A stretch of 64,000 bases of DNA from Octopus vulgaris (taxonomy: Eukaryota), in contig OX597819.1 of the NCBI GenBank assembly GCA_951406725.2, forward strand, positions 24,428,001-24,492,000. Direction: 5' to 3'. The first letter of the stretch is position 1. Every line of letters starts with the position of its first letter. The notes beneath the pieces were generated by a model. The model did no database searches. It was not told the origin of the DNA and worked only from the letters and a program-made list of their open reading frames with translations. The translations under genes were made by a program, and so were the position numbers. Below are positions 54,030 through 64,000 of this stretch, in pieces.

Positions 54030-54215
54030 GACTAGTACCTGTATTTCATATGGCCAGCCTTCCCACATTTTGTGTCACGCACAATCACTCTGCGCACAAC
54101 GTAAAGGGTGCTCGTGTCTGTGGAGTGCTCAGTCACTTGTACACGTTAGTTTCAACAGTAGGCTGTTCCGTTGGTCGGATCCACTAGAACTCTTGTCGTC
54201 GTAATCGATGGAACA
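54030..54215 (+). mobile_element. Degenerate SINE family A, 3' half
   Basis: gtacctgtatttca..gtgtctgtggagtgctcag..gtcgtcgtaatcga. Confidence 0.7.
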
Positions 54216-54389
54216 GCAGTTAATGTCTGTATGCACTTACGTTTGTATGTATGTATGTATGTATGTATGTATGTATGTATGTATGTATGTATGTATGTAT
54301 GTATGTATGTATGCATGTATGTATGTATGTATGTATGTATGTATTGTATGTATTGTATGTATGTATGTATGTATGTTGTATGTATGTAT

Positions 54390-54657
54390 GGTGGTGTAAC
54401 ACACCATACTAATCATATCTGTCGGGCATGTGGAAGAGAGTGTAATTCGGCAGGAGGACTTAAACGACATGCAAAGGTACATGAAGCCCAGTTGCAACTA
54501 CAGCCGGCTATTACCGGTAAAGGTTTTAGTTGCCAATTTTGTACAAGACATTGTAGATCTTTGGCTGGGCTAAAAAGTCACATTCGATCACAGCACCAGT
54601 AACAGTTAAGCTTCGTGCAATGGCCATACTCGATAACGAGGGGGCAGCCATAATAAT
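54390..54657 (+). pseudogene. Two C2H2 zinc fingers plus short UTR; probable RTE-clade LINE 3' end
   Basis: CRACGRECNSAGGLKRHAKVH and CQFCTRHCRSLAGLKSHIRSQH*, then ctcgataacgag hairpin and taataat, embedded in (TATG)n. Confidence 0.6.
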
Positions 54658-54846
54658 GTATGTATGTATGGATGGATGGATGGATGGATGGATGGATGGA
54701 TGGATGAATGTATGCCTCTGTTCTTTCTCCTCTTTCTTGGATTTTCTCCGTATATCTCACGAAGACCTATGTCCAAAATATCATATTCGATAACTTTCAC
54801 TTTATAACATTTTTCCTTCTCTGAACTTCAACCTAATAATACTAAC

Positions 54847-55257
54847 TCTTTACTCTTTTACTCTTTTACTTGTTTCAGTCTTTTGACTGCGTCCATGCTG
54901 GAGCACCGCCTTTAATCGAGCAACTCGACCCCGGGACTTATTCTTTTGTAAGCCTAGTACTTATTCTATCGGTCTCTTTTGCCTAACCGCTAAGTAACGG
55001 GGACATAAACACACCAGCATCGGTTGTCAAACAATGCTAGGGGGACAAACACAGACACACAAACACACACATGCATATGTATATACATATATACGACGGG
55101 CTTCTTTTAGTTTCCGTCTACCAAATCCACTCACAAGGCTTTGGTCGGCCCGAGGCTATAGTAGAAGATACTTGCCCAAGTTGCCATGCAGTGGGACTGA
55201 ACCCGGAACCATGTGGTTGGTAAACAAGCTACTTACCACACAGCCACTCCTGCGCCT
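54847..55257 (-). mobile_element. Full-length SINE family B
   Basis: Complete head, body and tail. Confidence 0.93.
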
Positions 55258-55989
55258 ATAAGAACTGTGAACACTACTTGGACTTTTCGTATTTAATTTT
55301 ATCTTTTGTCATTGATCAGCTCTATGTATATGCGTGAGCGCGTTCGTGTCTATATCTATGTTTGTATGCATGTATGCATGTATGTATGTATGTATGTATG
55401 TATGTATGTATGTATGTATGTATGTATGTATGTATGTATGCGTGTATGCATCTTTTTATATACAAAGACCAACACACTCAAACACGCACGCACACGCACT
55501 CACACACACTCACAAAACAGCTGAAGAGAACAGATAAGAGATATAAAAGCCGGTAGGTAGGGTGTGTGATGTGTATGTATGCGTATCTTTTTCATGTCTG
55601 TCGCTCTACGAACAAAAATAGGTGAGACTAGAAAGAGAGACAGACAGTACTGCAATAAGAGAATGTGGGTGGATGAGGGACAAGAATGAGACTAGTTATG
55701 CGCGGTAAGAAGAGGGGGGTGGTTAATGTGTTAGTATTCTAAATAAGAATAGATAAATGGACCCCGAAGATATGAAGGCTGATCTACTTCAGAAATCAGG
55801 GGCCTATTTAAATCCCTTTGCCCCTATCCTTCACATCTCATCTTCCATCATCGTCTCCTTCGCCAATTGATATTATTTCGTATTAACATGACGTATAAAC
55901 CTTAAATTTTCTCTAATCTTTTTTTTTAAGAATTCCCTTAGCAAATTCCTTTACTTATTGGATACACACACAGACACAGGCACACGTGC

Positions 55990-56092
<103 letters not shown>

Positions 56093-56314
56093 TTGTGTGT
56101 ATGTATGTATGTATGTATGTATGTATGTATGTATGTATAATGCTCGAAACGAGTAGATAGGCAGCCGACAACTGATGAAGAGTAGTTCTTTATGTTTCTT
56201 ATCCTGTTCTCCATTTGTTTCTCTCGCTGCTTGCATATTGAACTCATTTGTTTACGCATTTCATGTTTACTGTTGGTGACGTCCTGTACCTGCATATGCA
56301 TATGTGTGTGTGTG

Positions 56315-56361
<47 letters not shown>

Positions 56362-56596
56362 CGGCGAGAAATGGAGGTTATGAGAAGTAATAGTGTCATT
56401 GAGACCCATAGATGCCAGGTAATGCTGAATAAGTGCTATAGATATACCATAGTTAAGTTCCAGATTCGGTGTGATTATGCGAATAACGGGTTCAACGTTG
56501 GTCATATGTCAGCGTGTGTATATGGAATTTTTTTTTTTTAGTAATGAGATAAAATACTAAGGCTGTGTAGATTTTAGAACATTTATAGATAGAAGG

Positions 56597-56643
56597 TATT
56601 ACGGCTGTTTCCAGAATATTTATTATATCCCTTCATCGGAGAT
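56597..56643 (-). ncRNA. Degenerate hammerhead-like motif (CCGATGA core)
   Basis: tct-CCGATGA-agggatat-aataa-atattctg-GAAAC-agcc-GTA; helix I poor. Confidence 0.5.
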
Positions 56644-57429
56644 GGTGTGAGAGGATGGTTAAGTAATAGTTAATTTAGATAAGATACAAAATAGAGAGTA
56701 GGTGGAGGAAAGAAAATAGATGTGAGATATGTAGGGATATTGTAGATCCATTTTTTTAAGGCAGAATGGTATACATATAAGATTCCAATACCTTATGAAG
56801 AAAATCCAATAGTATTTAAAATTGGTCATTCCAAGTATAGAGTTTATACACAGTGTTATTAAATCAAGGGTTTTATTTAAAGTGACCTAAACATCGGGAG
56901 CGTATTAGTAGGGTCAAATCGAAAAAAAGGAAGAGAGGAATAAAGAAAGAGGAAAAGATGAGAATAAAAGGGAAAAAGGAAGGAGAAGAAAGTAAGAAGA
57001 AAAATAATAAAATAAATTAATAAAAAAATTAAAAAAACAGGAAGAGTGGAATAAAGGAGAGAAAGAAAAAAAAAACAAAGAAATAGATAAGGGAAAGTTT
57101 ACCATTTAGTGGTCAGTGGAGATAATTTGAAAGTGGGAGTGAGGAGATAAAGGGTGATAGAGAGAGAAAGGTATTAGAGTGTTAAAAGATAGAAGGAATG
57201 GGGGGGTGATAAACGGTAAAGGAGTGACAAATGTGTAGTGGTAGAGTCCATGATGACGATTCGATTTAGTTCAACGAATCGGGCGCTCACATGAAAGTAC
57301 TGGAAGCGCATTGTGACCAGCGGTGTACAACGTTATCCAGTAGTCTGTTATTATTTTACTGGTTTCTGTGTCTGAGCAGCAGCCACATTGTGGTACATTT
57401 TTCAAATTATTTAGTCAATCTTATCGGCT

Positions 57430-57782
57430 CCAGTACGCGTTTGACAATCAACTCATCGTAAGGTTCATTTAGGTCCATTGAGAGTAGCTGAGTTCTTTTA
57501 TAAGGTAACTGCAGTGTTGCCTTCGCTGAAGATCCGGCTGGGTGGATGGCTTGCGCTGGCCGATCACATGCTACATCGTCACGGCAGATGAAGAGGTATA
57601 TCGCAGAGATGGAGACTAACTGGGATTCTGGAGAGCCGTAGACAAGAACGAGAGGAAAATAAAGATGGAGACTCATTGGAATTTTAGGATCGACCGGGAG
57701 GACGCGGAAATATACCGAGCCAACAAAAGGGGAATGTTGCAACGCACTGCAACGGTGCATACCCCCACATCTGACCCGATCT
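57430..57782 (+). pseudogene. Decayed RTE-type LINE 3' end
   Basis: EDPAGW..GRSHATSSRQMKRY..EME, terminal GAYPHI* then tgacccgatct. Confidence 0.5.
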
Positions 57783-57808
57783 TCTCTAATATATTCAATT
57801 TGATAAAT

Positions 57809-58198
57809 GGAAATGGAAGCACTCCGTCGGTTACGACGACGAGAGTTCCGGTTGATCCGAATCAATGGAACAGCCTGCTCGTGAAATTAACGTGTAAGTG
57901 GCTGAGCACTCCACAGACACGTGTACCCTTAACGTAGTTCTCGGGGATATTCAGCGTGACACAGAGTGTGACAAGGCCGGCCCTTTGAAATACAGGTACC
58001 TCAGAAACAGGAAGTAAGAGTGAGAGAAAGTTGTGGTGAAAGAGCACAGCAGGAATCACCACCATCCCCTGCCGGAGCCTCGTGGAGCTTTTAGGTGTTT
58101 TCGCTCAATAAACACTCACAACGCCCGGTCTGGGAATCGAAACCGCGATCCTACGACCGCGAGTCCGCTGCCCTAACCACTGGGCCATTGCGCCTCCA
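57809..58198 (-). mobile_element. Full-length SINE family A with 13-bp TSD
   Basis: TSD caatttgataaat at 57796-57808 and 58199-58211. Confidence 0.93.
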
Positions 58199-58557
58199 CA
58201 ATTTGATAAATATTCTAAACTAGAAACACTATGGTATTTCGTACAATGCTTTATATTTCCACCACTGGTCTTTATATGTATAGATGATTTAATCTAAGTT
58301 CTAAGAGAGTGTAAAACGGAATGTCCATGGGCTAAAATGATTAATGGTAAAATGTTTTGAAGGTCATACACCTAAGTTCGAAGCTCCGTGGAGTTGGACA
58401 AATTTTTTTCTACCCTCTGCGGTCGATATTAGACCGTCTAGTTAGTAACAAGATGGTTGTTTCGTTACAAATTAGCATATTTTGTCTCCTTCTTACATTC
58501 CTTTCATTTCCCAAACATGATAATTTGGCAAAAAACAATAAATCATCATAATCACCC

Positions 58558-58700
58558 CAGTAGTAGTAGTAGTAGTAGTAGTAGTGGCGGAGGTGGTGGT
58601 GGTGGTGATGGCGGTAGTGGTGGCGGTGGTGGCGGTGTTGGTGGTTGTGGCGGCGGCCGTGATTGCAAGCCAGCAACAATAGCAACAACAACAATAACAA
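58558..58700. repeat. (TAG)n(GGT/GGC)n(CAA)n trinucleotide tract
   Basis: Direct inspection. Confidence 0.85.
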
Positions 58701-58844
58701 AAATTCTAGTTGTATCTGATGTTATTGTTGTTCTTGTTAAGTATTTTGCTTGCATATTTATGAGTCTAAGTGACAGAGAAACGAGTTTAGTTTATTGTCG
58801 TTTGACATACGCATACATACATACATACATACTTACATAGATAA

Positions 58845-58917
<73 letters not shown>

Positions 58918-59053
58918 CATAGACATATAATGACTTATATGTATATATGTGTGCAAAAATGTATGCATGTATATATGTGTATGTGTGTGTCTGTATGTGT
59001 GCATGTATATGCGTATATATATATATATATATATATATAAGCGTATATATACG

Positions 59054-59090
<37 letters not shown>

Positions 59091-60049
59091 GTGTGTGTGT
59101 ATATATGCACACATACCACACACACATACACACACATACATTTAACCAAGTGTGTGTTTGTGCATGTCAATGTTTTATGTCAATGTTTGTATTAGTCTAT
59201 GGGTATGTGTGTGTGTGTGTGTGTGTGTGTGAAATAGAAAGGAAAAGAGAAAGAGAGATTGAGAGAAAGAACTAAAATGCTTCTTCGAGTGTATATTATT
59301 TGTATGTGTTTATATTTCTTTTCCTTTTAATAAAGGGAGTGTTTAAGGTAATAAGTTCTAAATGTCTATGAAACTGAATCAGTGAGTGACAGGTTTTAAT
59401 ATCACAGGACCAAATTGATCGTTGAAGTGGCAGGGACAGCAAAATTATGTACAAAATGTTACGGGCTAAATTGTTGCCTTTTCTTTCTTCGTTTTACATT
59501 ATAAGTTCAAATCCCGTTACTTTCGAAACTTCGTTTCCGTTCTGAGGCAGGCGATATAAAAAACCGATCACGTAATAAAGTCGGTTTCGTCAGCCTCTGC
59601 GACTTGTAACTTTGAGTCAAGGTAAAGAACTAGTAGTGTCCGTTGAAACAAAAGGGTCTGTTGGAATGATGAGAAAGAGTCGAGCTATGGAACTGAGGTG
59701 ATCAGTGGTATTTAAGAAGATACAATCTACGATCGAACCCCGGCTTAATTGCGTTTTGGAAACGAAAGTAAAAATTTGATGGAAACAAAGGCGACAAGCC
59801 TGAATTTAAATGAAAATTGGGTTTTGACCTGCTCGATTTCATTTCCGGTTTACAAGTACCGTAAAACCAGCTGACCGTATGTGACACTTTCAGAAATCCA
59901 ATGGTAAATGATTCCCGAGATACCATCACATTTAATGCTTTTCTGATGATTTATAGCGTTGTCTCAAGTCAGTGGTATGAAACCGAGAGGTAAAGTGGCT
60001 AATACAATATTGCATTTAATGTGGCTGATTATATTGCATATAATTATGC

Positions 60050-60200
60050 GTCTGTTTTTACGTTTAGAGTTCAAATGCCTGCAAGATCGACTCGGCCTTT
60101 TACCCTTTCGGGGTCGTCAAAATAAGTATCAGCTGAGCCCTGGGATCAAATTGATCGACTAACCCCTTCAGCCAAATGTTGGCCTTGTGAGTATAATATC
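60050..60200 (+). mobile_element. Degenerate SINE family C
   Basis: gagttcaaat..cctttcggggtcg..ataagtatcagctgag. Confidence 0.6.
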
Positions 60201-60209
60201 ATTATTGTT

Positions 60210-60274
<65 letters not shown>

Positions 60275-60275
<1 letters not shown>

Positions 60276-60828
60276 CTGATGAAGTACCAGGCAGTGGCTC
60301 TCATGGCTTCTGATCTTAACTGATTGGAAGTGTTGTCATGTACATTGTTTTGTCTTGGTATAAAAGATGGGCTACAGCAAATATTCTGCTAAATACCACA
60401 AATTCGCTTGTCAGTTGCTTGACCTTAACCAGTTGACCATGTCCTTAAGCGGCTGACGATATGTGCATCTCTTATCACGAGTAGAAGTAGTGGGGGAGCA
60501 TCATAGCCGTGTGTTGAAAGGAATTCTTAGAGGTTGGATAATTCACCTTTGGAAACTTAGGTGTTTTGTGAATCACCCTTAAACAAACCTTCTTCAGGGA
60601 CCTTTTGAGCGGCATTAGCTACACAACCTGAAGAAAAATCTAACTGGGCCCCACCTGCAAGGTCATGCGCTGTTTATCTTGATATGCGATAAGTATGTCG
60701 TGCACATATGGTTGTGATGCATGCGCCTGGTGTACCCTCATCAGGCGGGTAGTCATGATGGGTATACTGGGCTTCGTATATTTTATACCAGTGTCACTGT
60801 AATGACATGCACTGCTCTCTCTCACTCA
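60275..60828 (+). mobile_element. Second copy of the (TAA)n-associated non-coding element
   Basis: Colinear with 30919-31475; preceded by (TAA)n, followed by (GAA)n. Confidence 0.8.
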
Positions 60829-60929
60829 GCAAGATGAAGAAGAAGAAGAAGAAGAAGAAGAAGAAGAAGAAGAAGAAGAAGAAGAAGAAGAAGAAGAAGA
60901 AGAAGAAGAAGAAGAACAACAACAACAGT

Positions 60930-61125
60930 TTCTAATTTTGGCACAGGGTGAGCTGTTTTAGGGATAAGGATAAATCGATTATATCGACACCAGTGTTCAA
61001 CTGGCCCTTATATTACTAAATCCGGAAGGATAAAAGGGAAAGTCGACTTTGGCGGAATTTGAACTCAAGACGGGCGAAAGGCCACTAAGCATTTTGCCCG
61101 GCGTGTTAACGATTCTCTCAGCTTG
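60930..61125 (-). mobile_element. SINE family C
   Basis: aagtcgactttggcggaatttgaactc..ggcgtgttaacgattc. Confidence 0.7.
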
Positions 61126-61140
61126 CTTTCAGTAATAATG

Positions 61141-61207
<67 letters not shown>

Positions 61208-61510
61208 CAATAATAATAGTTTAAAATTTTACCACTAGGGCAGCCATGTTGCAGGAGGGGATGTGTCGATTACAGGTGCACAGAAAGAGATAATGGGGAA
61301 GGACATGACACATAATAAGAAAGGAAATGGGAAATAGTGATGGTGTTGCCTTCCTTCCTCGGGGGCTTTGGTAAAATGCTGTAATGAAATCATCTCTAAA
61401 AAGGAGCCGTCGGTTCGTCTCGCTTCAAATGTACAAAGCGTACTTCCGCAACACGGGCTGCCCCCTTCCACCTATTCAAATACGTACACACACCAAGACA
61501 ATCACACACG

Positions 61511-61584
<74 letters not shown>

Positions 61585-61702
61585 GCGTGGTAAGAAGTTT
61601 GCTTCGCAACCACATTATTCTGGATTCACTACCACTGCATAACACCTTGGACATGTATCTTCTACTTTATACTCGGCCCCTTGTGAGGGAGTCCCCCTCC
61701 AT

Positions 61703-61753
<51 letters not shown>

Positions 61754-61754
61754 T

Positions 61755-62173
61755 AGGCGCAGGAGTGGCTGTGTGGTAAGTAGCTTGCTTACTAACCACA
61801 TGGTTCCCGGTTCAGTCCCACTGCGTGGCACCTTGGGCAAATGTCTTCTACTATAGCCCCGGGCCGACCAAAGCCTTGTGAGTGGATTTGGTAGACGGAA
61901 ACTGAAAGAAGCCTGTCGTATATATGTATATATATATATATATATGTGCGTGTATGTGTGTGTGTCTGTGTTTGTCCCCCTAGCATTGCTTGACAACCGA
62001 TGCTGGTGTGTTTATGTCCCCTTCACCTAGCGGTTCGGCAAAAGAGACCGATAGAATAAGTACTGGGCTTACAAAGAATAAGTCCCGGGGTCGATTTGCT
62101 CGACTAAATGCGGTGCTCCAGCATGGCCGCAGTCAGATGACTGAAACAAGTAAAAGAGTAAAGAGTAAAAAGA
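61755..62173 (+). mobile_element. Full-length SINE family B (tRNA head, CORE-like segment, internal TA/TG, CR1-like tail)
   Basis: aggcgcaggagtggctgtgtggtaag..ggttcagtccc..caccttgggcaa..(agtaaaag)n. Confidence 0.93.
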
Positions 62174-62459
62174 GTATCACAAAATCCATTTGCTACTCTC
62201 CAGATATCAATATTTCTAACCACTCTCTGATGTATACCATAGGTTTATAATTTTGTGATGCGACGTGCTTCACAAGTATCAGATTTACATATATGTGTGT
62301 GTATATTAATAATGAAGTCGCGTGGCCCTGTAGTTATGGTGTATATAATTACGAACTGCTTGGTATTTTGTGCAAATGTCTGACCAATGCCTGACTAATG
62401 TTTTGGGAATGAATTTGGCACAAGAGACTGAAAGAAGCCCGTCGAATACTTACTTTCAT

Positions 62460-62478
62460 GCATGCATACATACATACA

Positions 62479-62512
<34 letters not shown>

Positions 62513-62618
62513 CATACATACATATATACAAACATACATACATGCATGCATGCATACATACATAACATACATAACTTACATACATACATACATAACAAAC
62601 ATAACATACATACATACA

Positions 62619-62654
<36 letters not shown>

Positions 62655-62990
62655 TACATGCATGCATACATACATACATACATACATGCATACATACATA
62701 CATACATACATACATACATACATACATACATACATACATACATACATACATACATACATACATACATACATACATACATACATACATACATACATACATA
62801 CATAACAAACATAACATACATACATACATACATACATACATACATACATACATACATACATACATGCATGCATGCATACATACATAACTTACATACATAC
62901 ATACATGCATGCATGCATACATACATACATACATAACTTACATACATACATACATGCATGCATGCATACATACATACATACATACATGCA

Positions 62991-63024
<34 letters not shown>

Positions 63025-63318
63025 CATACATACATACATGCATGCATGCATACATACATAACATACATAACATACATACATACATACATAACATACATAA
63101 CATACATACATACATACATGCATGCATACATACATACATACATACATGCATGCATACATACATACATGCATACATACATAACATACATACATAATACATA
63201 CATACATACGTACATACATACATACATACATACATACATACATTCATGCATACATACATACATACATACATACATACATACATACATACATACATACATA
63301 CATACATACATACATACG
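62460..63318. repeat. Long (CATA)n array with CATG and CATAA variants
   Basis: Direct inspection. Confidence 0.95.
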
Positions 63319-63329
63319 CATTGATTTTA

Positions 63330-63570
63330 AATTTTGGTACAAGGCCAGCACGTTTGGAAGTTTGACATCGACCCAGTGATCAAGTGGTACTTATTTTATC
63401 GACGCCGAAAGGATGAATGACAAAGTCGATTCCAGGCAGAATTTGAACTCAGTACGTTAAGACGGATGAAATGCTGCCAAGTAAATTGCCCGGCGTGCTA
63501 ACGACTCTGCCAGGTCCCCACGTTAAATTTGTTGGGAGGGGGCTAGTCGATTACATCAATCCCAGTGTTT
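63330..63570 (-). mobile_element. SINE family C
   Basis: ggtacttattttatcgacgccgaaaggatgaa..gctaacgactctgcca. Confidence 0.7.
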
Positions 63571-63704
63571 CACATGGACTCCATACCCGTGAAACTTTTA
63601 GTAGCGTGGGCCATATATCTGAGGTGGTCATAAAAAGAAACAGTATTTACTTTCGTTAGATGGAGTATTATTTTTGTTGAACCAGGACATACGCACCTAT
63701 TCAT

Positions 63705-63737
<33 letters not shown>

Positions 63738-64000
63738 TTGTATGTATGTATGTTATGTATGTGTGTATTGTTAGATTTTCGTAGAAAAGAAACTGTAAAG
63801 TATCGTAGTATCATCAGTAAATATTTCAGCAGAAGATCTAATTACTCTGTTAGTTAAATCATTGATAAATAGGAGGAAGAGCGTAGGTTCCAGTTCTTAT
63901 ATTGAGGGTTGATCTTTACTCTTTCCCAGAATCGACTGCAAGAAGGGGCAAAGAAAAGTGCATTCAAATCGCATTCTCAATAATCCTTCCATTGCTACTG

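Noticed and set aside
58410-58840. Poly-Ser/Gly or poly-Pro ORFs
   Set aside because: Trinucleotide repeats only
62349-63324. Long ORFs (up to 243 aa) of MYVC/HTYI repeats, and similar YIYI, HTHT and LSIY ORFs throughout
   Set aside because: Stop-free translations of microsatellites, not genes

Overview
Eukaryotic, AT-rich, repeat-saturated non-coding DNA. The SINE families and extreme microsatellite load suggest a coleoid cephalopod, probably Octopus (inference). No intact host gene is supported; almost all ORF-track entries are translations of (TA)n, (CA)n, (CATA)n or (GATA)n. Real coding remnants are retrotransposon-derived: a CR1-type RT (21.4-22.7 kb), an R4/Dong-type restriction-like endonuclease in (TAA)n (29.6-30.6 kb), Penelope-like (PLE) linker/GIY-YIG fragments, RTE 3' ends and mariner scraps. 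Three modular tRNA-derived SINE families (here A, B, C), a non-autonomous Helitron and a TTAGGG-containing MITE are also present. The most notable signal is about a dozen minimal hammerhead-ribozyme (HHR) motifs read by eye. Most sit in short, non-coding, often inverted-repeat elements in or beside (TA)n. They include a tRNA-headed HHR element and a recurrent CCGAYGA core variant. Boundaries of degenerate copies are approximate.
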